The position numbers and the translations under genes are program-made. This document shows positions 7,634-16,338 of a stretch of DNA of 64,000 nucleotides, in pieces (the stretch's first letter is position 1; every line of letters starts with the position of its first letter). Source of the DNA: an uncultured Gammaproteobacteria bacterium (GTDB lineage Bacteria > Patescibacteriota > Patescibacteriia > UBA10025 > JAHIVO01); assembly GCA_964628855.1 (NCBI GenBank), contig CAZVMV010000002.1, positions 11,442 to 75,441 of the forward strand, in the 5' to 3' direction. Under the pieces are notes generated by a model that worked only from the letters and a program-made list of their open reading frames with translations, had not been told where the DNA came from and ran no database searches.

Positions 7634-10249
7634 TTACTGTATTGGTGCTGTGTTCGTATCAACCGGAGCGGTACTGTCCTGCGGCAAATAGTTGACGGTA
7701 ATCGTGGCCGATCCCGAATTGCCAATCATATCGGTAGCCACAGCTTTCAAGTCGTGGAAGCCGCTGATCAATTCGGGCGTGGCGGTATATGTAAGCATGA
7801 ATGGCGTGGCGTTTGCAGTACCAATCTGCACATCGTCCAGATAGTAGGTAATGGATTTGATTGACTGCGGGCTGGTGGCAGTCGCCTCTACTGTAAATGT
7901 ACTGGACGAGACGGTGGCGCCAGTTACAGGCGAAGTGAATGTTACGACAGGCGAATTTGCCGACGAACGAAGATCGCACGACTCGTATTGCAGGGCGCTG
8001 TCCAAATACTTATTAGCCACCGCCCAGCGCTGGACTGGCTCCTCCCACCGTGCGTACTGCGGATCCTTGGTGGGATCGGCCGGCACCGGTCCGGTCGGGT
8101 CTTCCTTGTTTACGTAGAACAGGATGTCGTGGACGATTTTGAAAGATTTTTGGGTAATGAAGGCTTCCGGATAGGTTTCCAGACATTTATCCGGAATTAT
8201 TTTGCCGGTAAACAGATCGACCGAGTATTTTATATCACTGCCGATCTTCCCCTGCAGGATCGGTTTGGTGGACGTATTAGGTTTTGGCGCTTTGAATGGC
8301 TCGGCCGGCCCGCCGACAGTACGTTTCATATATTCATTCCAAATCGGCGCGGCTACCACTGATCCGTCAGCCCCGCGTTTCATCTCGGTATTGTTGTTGT
8401 TACCGACCCAAACTCCGGTCGCGATTGAGGGGGTGTAGCCTATGGTCCAGGCATCACGGTAATCGTTGGTGGTTCCGGTTTTTGCTGCCACTGGACGATC
8501 AGGCAGGGTGAGGTAGTTTTTTGAGCCGAAAATGTATGCACGCGCTTCATTATCGGACAGGACGCTGGTAAGCAGGCGGACGACATTCTCGTCCAAAACT
8601 TTCTCCTCGCGGTTCTGGAATTGTTCGAGCACCTTACCTTTATTGTCCTCAATTCGCATGATGGCCGCTACTGGGTGCCGGACGCCTTCGCGTGCGAAAG
8701 TCGCGTACGTGGAGGTGTGTTCCAGGAGGGTAACCTCGCCGCCGCCTAGGACGAGAGATAGGCCAAATCGGCTCGGGTCATCTAAGGTCGTATAGCCGAG
8801 GTCTTTGGCTGTTTCTAAAACGTTTTTTATCCCAGCCAGGTAAAGCGTTTTTACGGCGGGAATATTTAATGATCCAGCCAGGGCTTGGCGCATCGATACT
8901 GGGCCATGTTCTTTATTGTCATAATTATGCGGTGTATAGTCTTTTCCTGAGTCAGTGGCAAAGTTAGTGACTAGGTCAAATAGGATTGTTTCTGGGGTAT
9001 AACCTTGTTTGAAAGCAGTCGCATAAACGATCGGTTTGAACGATGATCCGGGTTGGCGTGGCCGGAGGGTGACATTTACATTCCCATCAATTTTCGTATC
9101 GAAATAATCCTTTGAACCGACCATGGCCAGAATTTGCCCCGTTTTCGTGTCGAGTGAAACCAGAGCTGCATTGGAGGCATTGTATTTTGTGGCGTTCTTC
9201 TCGGCGTATTTTGTGACCACCTCCTCAGCAATTTTTTGTTTGTCGATATTTAGTGTGGTAATAATCTTGAATCCGCCCTGCTCAGCCTCTTTTTCGCCAA
9301 ATTTGGCAGCCAACAGTTCTTTGACGTACATTACGAAGTGGGGCGCCACGATATTGTCGCTTTTTGGTTTGACTTGCGCCAGTATGTCGACCGCCTTTGC
9401 GGCGTCGGCCTGTTCTTGGGTGATGTAGTTCTGTTCGACCATGACTTTCAGCACCAGATGCTGTCTGCCGACCAGGTCCTCAGTATGGTTGCCGTAAGGG
9501 GAATAATAAGATGGCGACTGGGGCATGGCTGCCAGTAGGGCTGACTCGGCCAGAGTCAGGTCTTTCGCCCTTTTTTTGAAATAGGTCTGTGCGGCCGACT
9601 CTACGCCATATGCATTTGATCCGTATGGTATTTCGTTGAGATAGAGCTGGAGGATTTGGTCTTTTGAGAACCTTTTTTCCAGCTGGTATGACAGCACCAA
9701 TTCCTTAACTTTACGAATATACGAATGTTGTGATGTGAGGATAGAGTTCTTGATAAATTGCTGGGTTATAGTTGAGCCACCCCGAGGCGGGCACAAGCCA
9801 CCGAAATTACCAATGACTTCGTGGCAAACAGCCTTAACGATGCCGCCAAGTGAAAATCCGTGGTGGCTATAAAAATCCTTGTCCTCAATGGCGATGGTAG
9901 CGTGTTTTATATCGTCCGGCATGTCCGACAAAGGTACTACCGTCCTTTTTTGTTCGCCGTGGATGTCGTAGAGCAATGTCGTGCCGTCACGTGCGTAAAT
10001 TTTCGTACTTTCGGCAACGGTCCGGTCCATTACTTTATTCGGATCAGGTAGATCCCTGGAAATAATTGCAAACATTATTACGATGCCGATCACGCCAATT
10101 ACCGCCAAGATGCCCAAAACGGGTAATAAGCGGATGGCAATACGACGCCAGCGTTTGGGGTGTCGGCGCTGCGTCCGGATTGAGTTGACTACCCGGGCGC
10201 CAATCTTTTTTATGCGGAAATTTGGTTCTTGTAGTGATGGGATGGGCAT
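7634..10249 (-). CDS. Class A penicillin-binding protein (PBP1A-type transglycosylase/transpeptidase) with C-terminal Ig-like extension
   Basis: 871 aa with an N-terminal TM anchor. GT51 motifs EDKDFYSHHG and GGSTITQQ. Transpeptidase motifs SSFKP (SxxK) and KTGTTND. The last ~110 aa are beta-rich and Ig-like. Confidence 0.9.
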   Translation of the reverse strand: MPIPSLQEPNFRIKKIGARVVNSIRTQRRHPKRWRRIAIRLLPVLGILAVIGVIGIVIMFAIISRDLPDPNKVMDRTVAESTKIYARDGTTLLYDIHGEQKRTVVPLSDMPDDIKHATIAIEDKDFYSHHGFSLGGIVKAVCHEVIGNFGGLCPPRGGSTITQQFIKNSILTSQHSYIRKVKELVLSYQLEKRFSKDQILQLYLNEIPYGSNAYGVESAAQTYFKKRAKDLTLAESALLAAMPQSPSYYSPYGNHTEDLVGRQHLVLKVMVEQNYITQEQADAAKAVDILAQVKPKSDNIVAPHFVMYVKELLAAKFGEKEAEQGGFKIITTLNIDKQKIAEEVVTKYAEKNATKYNASNAALVSLDTKTGQILAMVGSKDYFDTKIDGNVNVTLRPRQPGSSFKPIVYATAFKQGYTPETILFDLVTNFATDSGKDYTPHNYDNKEHGPVSMRQALAGSLNIPAVKTLYLAGIKNVLETAKDLGYTTLDDPSRFGLSLVLGGGEVTLLEHTSTYATFAREGVRHPVAAIMRIEDNKGKVLEQFQNREEKVLDENVVRLLTSVLSDNEARAYIFGSKNYLTLPDRPVAAKTGTTNDYRDAWTIGYTPSIATGVWVGNNNNTEMKRGADGSVVAAPIWNEYMKRTVGGPAEPFKAPKPNTSTKPILQGKIGSDIKYSVDLFTGKIIPDKCLETYPEAFITQKSFKIVHDILFYVNKEDPTGPVPADPTKDPQYARWEEPVQRWAVANKYLDSALQYESCDLRSSANSPVVTFTSPVTGATVSSSTFTVEATATSPQSIKSITYYLDDVQIGTANATPFMLTYTATPELISGFHDLKAVATDMIGNSGSATITVNYLPQDSTAPVDTNTAPIQ

Positions 10250-10251
10250 AT

Positions 10252-11148
10252 TTAAGGTGTGTGCGGGCTAATAAGGGCGGCGCCGACCACATTGGCTTCG
10301 GCTAGGTTTTTTACGACAATGATTTTGGTCTTTTTTAGCTGCGGGTAGATGAGCAGCGACCTGGCTTCATTGATGGCGGGCCTGGTTAATAATTTTACCC
10401 TGGATAAGCCGCCGCCAATGACCAGTAGGTCAGGGTCATAAGTTTGAATCGCATTTGCCAAGCCGATGGCAAGATAATGAGACATGGTTTTGATCGTCCG
10501 GCGGGCAGTGCGAAGGCCGCGTTTGGCCATCTCTTCAATTGCAAAAGTGTCGCGGTATTGACCGGTGGACTGTTTGAACAAAGCGCTCATGGCTGTTCCA
10601 GAGGCCAGTGCTTCAAGGTGGCCAACATGGCCACAGCTGCATTTTGGTGAATGATCTGAGACGGTCGTATGCCCAAATTCAGTCACGTTATTTTTACCCC
10701 GATAAAGATGTCCGTTGATGACCAGTCCCGCGCCAATGCCAGTCCCAAGCGTGAGCGCCATTACGACCGGATATTTTTTGCCAGGACTGGTGTGGGCAGC
10801 GCCGAGCGCAAAACAGTGCGCATCGTTATCAACCCTGACCGGTACGCGGAAAAGTTGTTCTACAATCTTTTTTAGCGGGACTTTTTTCCATGACCGGGGC
10901 AAGTTGGGACTTTCTTCGACGATGCCATTCTTGTAATCGACCAGACCGGTGATGCCGATGCCGATGGATGCGATCTCGTTTTTAACGAAAGTGGATTTAA
11001 TGCTATCAATAATGCTTTTGAGTGCCGACCGTTTGTCGCTTTGGTCCAGAGAGAATTTTTGGCTATTAAAAACACGCCCCTGCTGGCCAAGTAGGCCGGT
11101 GCGGATTTTGGTGCCCCCCACATCTACTCCGAGCTTATATCTAGCCAT
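10252..11148 (-). CDS. ROK-family sugar kinase (glucokinase-like)
   Basis: LGVDVGGTKI ATP motif and ROK zinc motif CSCGHVGHLEA. I prefer ATG at 11148 (MARYKLG...) over the GTG at 11157 used by the track. Confidence 0.75.
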   Translation of the reverse strand: MARYKLGVDVGGTKIRTGLLGQQGRVFNSQKFSLDQSDKRSALKSIIDSIKSTFVKNEIASIGIGITGLVDYKNGIVEESPNLPRSWKKVPLKKIVEQLFRVPVRVDNDAHCFALGAAHTSPGKKYPVVMALTLGTGIGAGLVINGHLYRGKNNVTEFGHTTVSDHSPKCSCGHVGHLEALASGTAMSALFKQSTGQYRDTFAIEEMAKRGLRTARRTIKTMSHYLAIGLANAIQTYDPDLLVIGGGLSRVKLLTRPAINEARSLLIYPQLKKTKIIVVKNLAEANVVGAALISPHTP

Positions 11149-11215
11149 AAATAGCACAAAATAGTCAATTTCGCTTTATTAGTATAGCAAAAATAAGGTA
11201 TAATAAAAACGACTT

Positions 11216-12394
11216 ATGTTACGACACTCAAAAAACCATGAAATCCTTGAGCGGGGGGTAGAGCAGGTTATTGTCAAAAAAAACCTGGCCAAAAGGCTTG
11301 ATGGTGGGGATAGGCTACGCATCAAGCTCGGCATAGACCCCACCTCGCCGTTACTGCATTTGGGGCATACGGTGGTTTTACGCAAGCTTAAACAATTCCA
11401 GGACCTGGGGCATCAGGCCATTTTTCTGGTGGGAGATTTTACCGCCCGCATTGGAGACCCGACGGACAAGGTCTCGGCGCGCCAGCCATTGTCGCACATG
11501 GATATCCAGGAGAATGTCGCCACCTACCGCGAACAGGTCGGTAAAATTCTAGACCTGTCAAAAGTTGAATTCCGATACAATTCCGAATGGCACAAGAATA
11601 TGGACCTGGCGGAGTTTTTCACTTTGGCCAGCCTGTTTTCCGTAAACCAGATGATGGAACGGGATATGTTCCAAAAAAGAATGGCCGCAAAAAAGCCGCT
11701 CTGGATCCATGAGCTGATGTACCCATTGTTGCAGGGCTATGACTCGGTCGCCCTGCGCGCTGACGTGGAACTCGGCGGCACTGACCAGACGTTCAACGTC
11801 CTAGCTGGCCGGGTCATTCAGCCGGCATACAAACAGGATCCTCAGGATATACTGACCGTCCCGCTGCTTGTCGGACTGGACGGCAAGGAGAAGATGTCCA
11901 AAAGCGTGGGCAATACAGTGAACCTGAATGACTCCCCGAAAGAAATGTTCGGGAAGCTGATGTCCATACCGGACAGTTTGATAATCAATTATTTTACCTT
12001 ACTGACCGACCTGTCTCTGGCTGATATTGCAGAGTTTGATAGAGCCATGAAAAAAGGCGCCAACCCGCGTGATTTCAAGGCGCGCCTTGCCAAAGAGATT
12101 GTCGAACTTTACCATTCGAAGCATGACGCCATCGCCGCTGAAAAGGAGTTCGTGCAGATGTTCAAGAATAAGGAAGCGCCCGATGATATTGAGGAAGTAG
12201 CCGTCCAGGCTGGCATGCCGATATCCCCATCGGCTGCAAAACTGTTCAATATCTCCAATTCCGAGGCACGGAGGCTTATTGAGCAGGGAGCAATTTCAGT
12301 CGACGATAAGGTTATTACTGACCCGGATGCGAGAACAATTGCGGGCATATATAAAAAAGGCAAACGTCACTTTAAACGATTAATAATTAAATAA
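11216..12394 (+). CDS. tyrS: Tyrosyl-tRNA synthetase
   Basis: 392 aa. Class I signatures LHLGH and KMSKSVGN, plus a C-terminal S4-like RNA-binding tail (EARRLIEQGAISVDDKVI). Confidence 0.9.
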   Translation: MLRHSKNHEILERGVEQVIVKKNLAKRLDGGDRLRIKLGIDPTSPLLHLGHTVVLRKLKQFQDLGHQAIFLVGDFTARIGDPTDKVSARQPLSHMDIQENVATYREQVGKILDLSKVEFRYNSEWHKNMDLAEFFTLASLFSVNQMMERDMFQKRMAAKKPLWIHELMYPLLQGYDSVALRADVELGGTDQTFNVLAGRVIQPAYKQDPQDILTVPLLVGLDGKEKMSKSVGNTVNLNDSPKEMFGKLMSIPDSLIINYFTLLTDLSLADIAEFDRAMKKGANPRDFKARLAKEIVELYHSKHDAIAAEKEFVQMFKNKEAPDDIEEVAVQAGMPISPSAAKLFNISNSEARRLIEQGAISVDDKVITDPDARTIAGIYKKGKRHFKRLIIK

Positions 12395-12400
12395 ATACTT

Positions 12401-12781
12401 ATGGGAAATCCGGAAATGCCCATTGAACATGAGCCGTGGTTTGATGCCACGAAGGAATTAGACCAAAGGTTTGATGTAGGCGCTGGTAACGTGGAAATAA
12501 GCTATAAGACGGACGATAAAGGCAATATCGCAGAGATCACCAAACTGAAAATCTTACATGTTGCATCCACGGCGGAGAACGACCGTCAAATGGAGGAGTT
12601 GATTGCAAAAATTGGCCTAGAGCATACTGAGCAGGACGCTTCTGGCAACGGTATTGATGCAAAGGTGTTTGAATACAGCCCCGCGACCGTAAACACGACG
12701 GAGGGGTTGGCAAAAATTAAGGACGCATTACACGCTAATCGGATGTCCCCCGAAGAAGCAGAATTTTTTTCACCATCATAA
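12401..12781 (+). CDS. Hypothetical acidic protein
   Basis: 126-aa ORF starting 6 nt after tyrS and followed by a terminator. No motif recognised. Confidence 0.4.
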   Translation: MGNPEMPIEHEPWFDATKELDQRFDVGAGNVEISYKTDDKGNIAEITKLKILHVASTAENDRQMEELIAKIGLEHTEQDASGNGIDAKVFEYSPATVNTTEGLAKIKDALHANRMSPEEAEFFSPS

Positions 12782-12879
12782 GCTGCTTTCATGAGAAACT
12801 GGGACATTAAAGGTTCCGGTATATGAAGTAGGTGGGCGTCATTTCAAGCGGTTGGTTATTAAGAAGTAGGGATCAAGAA

Positions 12880-12907
12880 AACAAGGCGGTTAGGCCTTGT
12901 TTTGTTT
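12880..12907. terminator. Intrinsic terminator in the convergent gap (serves the tyrS operon, probably also the glucan operon)
   Basis: Stem aacaaggc (12880-12887) / gccttgtt (12894-12901), loop ggttag, then ttgttttt. An A-rich run precedes it on the other side. Confidence 0.55.
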
Positions 12908-12912
12908 TTGAT

Positions 12913-13857
12913 TTATTTTTTTCCGCGATAGAAAGAGGCGGCGGCTTCTGGGGCGACGGAGTTGATGACCAGGCGCGAGCCCATTTCCACGCCAGCCCAC
13001 ACGTCGCGCCGCGGGCAAATTCTGATATACAGATGTTCGTGCTTTTCGGTGATAGCCTGGTGCAGGTAGTAATTATAGGGCAGTTGGAGCCTGTTCAGGC
13101 GGGTGATTATCAGCTTCATGTAATGCGCCAGCGATGTCAGTTCCGCTTCGTTGAGTTGGGCGATATTATCGACATGCCGGAAAGGCATGATCCAGGCCTC
13201 GTAGTTGTAGGTGGAGGCATAAGGGGTAAAAGCGGCCATATATCGGTCACTGCCGATCCGCCTGGGGCTTTTTGATTCCCTTTTCGCCAGCTGGCAATAG
13301 TAACAGGCGCCGAAATTAAGCTGGTGTTGTTCCGCACGGGTCAGCTTGTTGACGATGTGGGGCGGCATAAAACCGGAGGCAAAAATTTGCGAATGCGCAT
13401 GCACGAGTGAGGCGCCCGCTTTACCGCCATGGTTTTTGAAAATCAGGATGTATTTCATTTTTTTGTCCTTGCTGATCTCCTCCGTCCGGTTAGCGTATGC
13501 TTTTAGCAGCCGGACGAGATGCGCTTCAGAAAAATCAGCCAACTCCTTGTTGTGGTGCGGCGTTTCAATGATCACTTCCTGGGTGCCGTAGACTTTGGGA
13601 GTTTTGGTGCTGACCACCGGGAATATATTCTTGATAACCTTGATTTCCCACCACTGGTCCGGTCCGACCTGGTACAGCGGGCGCTGCGAGGCGTGTTCGC
13701 GTTCACGGCAAAACGGACAGTCTTTGGACTTGACCGGGGTGTCGTGGTGTTCGGCCACATCGTGAGGCCGCTTGGCGCGCTTTGGCGCAATGATTACGAA
13801 TCGGTTATGGATATAATCTTCTCGGATCTCACTTTTTACAGGAGGGATGCGCACCAT
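12913..13857 (-). CDS. GalT-family (HIT superfamily branch III) hexose-1-phosphate nucleotidyltransferase / nucleotide-sugar phosphorylase-like
   Basis: CPFC zinc knuckle (SKDCPFCRE) and active-site HAHSQ (HxHxQ). I prefer ATG 13857 (MVRIPPV...), 2 nt after the glgA stop, over 13914, which would overlap glgA by 55 nt. Confidence 0.7.
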   Translation of the reverse strand: MVRIPPVKSEIREDYIHNRFVIIAPKRAKRPHDVAEHHDTPVKSKDCPFCREREHASQRPLYQVGPDQWWEIKVIKNIFPVVSTKTPKVYGTQEVIIETPHHNKELADFSEAHLVRLLKAYANRTEEISKDKKMKYILIFKNHGGKAGASLVHAHSQIFASGFMPPHIVNKLTRAEQHQLNFGACYYCQLAKRESKSPRRIGSDRYMAAFTPYASTYNYEAWIMPFRHVDNIAQLNEAELTSLAHYMKLIITRLNRLQLPYNYYLHQAITEKHEHLYIRICPRRDVWAGVEMGSRLVINSVAPEAAASFYRGKK

Positions 13858-13859
13858 AG

Positions 13860-15332
13860 TTATGAAAGTAATTTTTGGTAAACGGATAGATATTTGCTGG
13901 CAGAGCTGTTCCATGAAAAGTCATGTTGCATGATTTGCCTGACTATTTTATACCACGTTTCCGTGTCCTGATAAAGGGTGAGGCCCCTTTTTATGGCAGT
14001 CAAGAATTCGGCGGCATCATAATTTTTAAAGACAAAACCGTCACCCTGCTGGTTATCGGTGTTGTAGTCTGTTACGGTATCGATTAGGCCGCCAGTCGCC
14101 CGGACTACCGGGATGGTGCCATAACGCATGGAGATCATTTGGGCCAACCCGCACGGCTCGAATTTTGACGGCATAAGGAATAGGTCTGAGCCGGCGTAAA
14201 TTTTTTGGGCCAGAGCAGCGTCAAACGCTACCTTGGCGTAGTAAATCTTCGGATAGGCGGCCACCATTTTTTTTACCGCTTCTTCGATCGGCGGCAGGCC
14301 GGTGCCGAGCATTACCAGTTGGACGTCGAATTTGGCCAGCTCTTCCGTCAGAGTACATACCAGGTCCATGCCTTTTTGTTCGGCAAAACGGGTAACGATA
14401 CCCAGGACGGGGATCTTCGGGTTGACTGACAAGCCGCAAACTTTCTGTAAGTCGGCTTTGCATTGTAGTTTATTGGTAGGATCATCTGCCGAATAATTTG
14501 CTGCAATATCCTTGTCAGTCGCCGGGTCAAACCTTTTTACGTCAATTCCATTCAGGATGCCAACCAAAACATCCTTACGTTTGCCCATAAACGAATCAAG
14601 TGTGGCACCGTATTCTGGTGTCAGGATTTCCTTGGCATATTGCGGGCTGACTGTGGTCATTAGGTCGCAGGCCAATATCGCCTGCTGGAGGGTGGACATA
14701 TGCGTCCCACGGCGCTCTGTCAGAGTGGGGAATTCATCGCCGGTCAGGTCAAGGGATTTTAAAATTATTTCCGCCGGGTACCAGCCCTGGTATTCCAGGT
14801 TATGGATGGTGAGGATGGTTTTTATGGCAGCTAAACGACCGTCTTTCTGTCCGAGAATTTTTGCCAGGACAGGGATCATGCCGACATGCCAATCATGGGC
14901 ATGGATAATGTTCGGATACCAGCTGAGCGGCTCAAAAATGGAAAAACAGGCGCGTGACAGGAACAAAAAACGATGGGCTTCTTCCGCCGAGCCGTTGGAC
15001 GAAGCGTCAGGCTCGATGTAAATACCGCCTTTGCCGAGGTATCCAGGATGGTCTAAAAGGTAAACTGGTATGTCAGTTCCCGGGAGAGGGGTGGAGTAGA
15101 CTGAAATATTCTCAACGGCACCGTTGAATGGCACGGGGACGTTTTCTGCGACCCTTGTCATGGGATATTTTTTTTCGTCAAAGGTCCCGTATTTCGGCAG
15201 GACGATCCGCACGTCCACGCCTAATTTTTTCAGGGCGATCGGCAGGGCGCCGGTTACATCAGCTAGCCCGCCAACCTTGGCTATCGGGTTGAGTTCCGAA
15301 CTGATGAAGAGAACCTTGATTTGGTTGCTCAT
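13860..15332 (-). CDS. glgA: Glycogen/starch synthase (GT5), copy 1
   Basis: 490 aa. N-terminal SSELNPIAKVGGLADV. Also ...HAHDWH... and C-terminal LMPSKFEPCGLAQM. Confidence 0.85.
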   Translation of the reverse strand: MSNQIKVLFISSELNPIAKVGGLADVTGALPIALKKLGVDVRIVLPKYGTFDEKKYPMTRVAENVPVPFNGAVENISVYSTPLPGTDIPVYLLDHPGYLGKGGIYIEPDASSNGSAEEAHRFLFLSRACFSIFEPLSWYPNIIHAHDWHVGMIPVLAKILGQKDGRLAAIKTILTIHNLEYQGWYPAEIILKSLDLTGDEFPTLTERRGTHMSTLQQAILACDLMTTVSPQYAKEILTPEYGATLDSFMGKRKDVLVGILNGIDVKRFDPATDKDIAANYSADDPTNKLQCKADLQKVCGLSVNPKIPVLGIVTRFAEQKGMDLVCTLTEELAKFDVQLVMLGTGLPPIEEAVKKMVAAYPKIYYAKVAFDAALAQKIYAGSDLFLMPSKFEPCGLAQMISMRYGTIPVVRATGGLIDTVTDYNTDNQQGDGFVFKNYDAAEFLTAIKRGLTLYQDTETWYKIVRQIMQHDFSWNSSASKYLSVYQKLLS

Positions 15333-15338
15333 GTAATA

Positions 15339-16337
15339 TTAAATTATTTTTTTTAGGTTGACGGCCGCGCGTTCAAACATTGTATTGATAATTTTTTTGT
15401 AGTGCGGGCTTTTGTTGTATTCAGTAAAGACCGCGGTGGTGGTGATGATGTCCAGGCTGATTCGGGCGATGAATGCCGGTAATTGCTTTTTCACCTTTGC
15501 CACCAAATTTTTATTGACATGTTTGAGATAATTGGACAGGAAAAGCTTTTCTAGACCGTCGACTTTTGATCCCGGATATATGAAGCATTCCATGGCACGG
15601 GTGTGAGTCATGAAGGTGGCCACGTCATTGGTTGGGGAGAAGACGGAGGTTGACGAGAGGTCAATTATCCCGATAGCCTGAGTCCTCAAATCAAAAATAA
15701 TGTTGCTGGCCTGGAAATCGCCGTGTATTGAGATGGCCGCTTCCGCATCGTATATTCGGGCAAGTGCCTGGAGATACTTATCCTTGAGTGAAACAAATTT
15801 TTTGACTGCCGAAGGCATGTATTTCCGCATTTTTTCCTGTAACAGATTGAAATACTCCGCTTCATCCTTCCAGGTTCGGAGGTTGCCGATCCTCAGCTGA
15901 CAATTATGAATATCTGCCAGCCGGGCGGCGATACTTGGGATAGCCTGCCGCAAAGTATCAATTTGGTGGTCGAATTCGCGTAATACCCATCCGTCGTATT
16001 CCTCGTAGAGTATAAAGCCCAGTTCGTCTATATAATAAAGAGGCCGCGCGATTACGTTTAGTTTACGCTTGGTGAAATAGGGGTAAAGCGCCCTCATCAG
16101 ATCGAAGGTAGGTTTTGGCACCCGATTGCCGCGGACGACTTTGCGTTCGATTTTCCCGCCCCTCATCATAACGTCTACCTGGTATTTCATGGTATAGCTT
16201 TCCTCAGACAGGAATTTCATGTATTTGCTGAAGAAGAAGGTGATTTTTTTTGCGCCTGGCCAGAATTCTTTCATGTGCCGTGCGAAAAAGCTTCGCATGA
16301 ACGCGGCTTGGCCAACCTGTTGAATTTTTCGCGCCAT
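15339..16337 (-). CDS. APH/choline-kinase-fold phosphotransferase (possibly a sugar kinase, maltokinase-like by context)
   Basis: Catalytic-loop motif IHGDFQASNIIFD followed by IGIIDLSS. Start ATG 16337 (MARKIQQ...) is 1 nt after the upstream stop. The track start 16370 would overlap by 32 nt. Confidence 0.55.
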   Translation of the reverse strand: MARKIQQVGQAAFMRSFFARHMKEFWPGAKKITFFFSKYMKFLSEESYTMKYQVDVMMRGGKIERKVVRGNRVPKPTFDLMRALYPYFTKRKLNVIARPLYYIDELGFILYEEYDGWVLREFDHQIDTLRQAIPSIAARLADIHNCQLRIGNLRTWKDEAEYFNLLQEKMRKYMPSAVKKFVSLKDKYLQALARIYDAEAAISIHGDFQASNIIFDLRTQAIGIIDLSSTSVFSPTNDVATFMTHTRAMECFIYPGSKVDGLEKLFLSNYLKHVNKNLVAKVKKQLPAFIARISLDIITTTAVFTEYNKSPHYKKIINTMFERAAVNLKKII

Positions 16338-16338
16338 A

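Noticed and set aside
11158-11215. T-box leader upstream of tyrS
   Set aside because: The spacer is only 58 nt and consists of a TATAAT-like box plus a short leader. It is far too short for a T-box and has no specifier or antiterminator elements.
13860-13914. Long gene-gene overlaps implied by the track starts (13914, 16370, 21567, 30560, 57882)
   Set aside because: Internal ATG codons at 13857, 16337, 21537, 30512 and 57840 give 1-2 nt gaps or ATGA coupling. They also avoid placing starts inside a terminator hairpin (30560) or the palindromic element (57882). The longer starts are not excluded but are less parsimonious.
14512-15021. Long antisense ORFs inside well-supported genes (for example 14512-15021, 16354-16977, 1131-1673, 49403-49936, 51395-51874, 52015-52509, 50132-50587)
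   Set aside because: Each is fully embedded antisense to a gene with clear family motifs. They have biased low-complexity composition and no RBS, which is typical of shadow ORFs.
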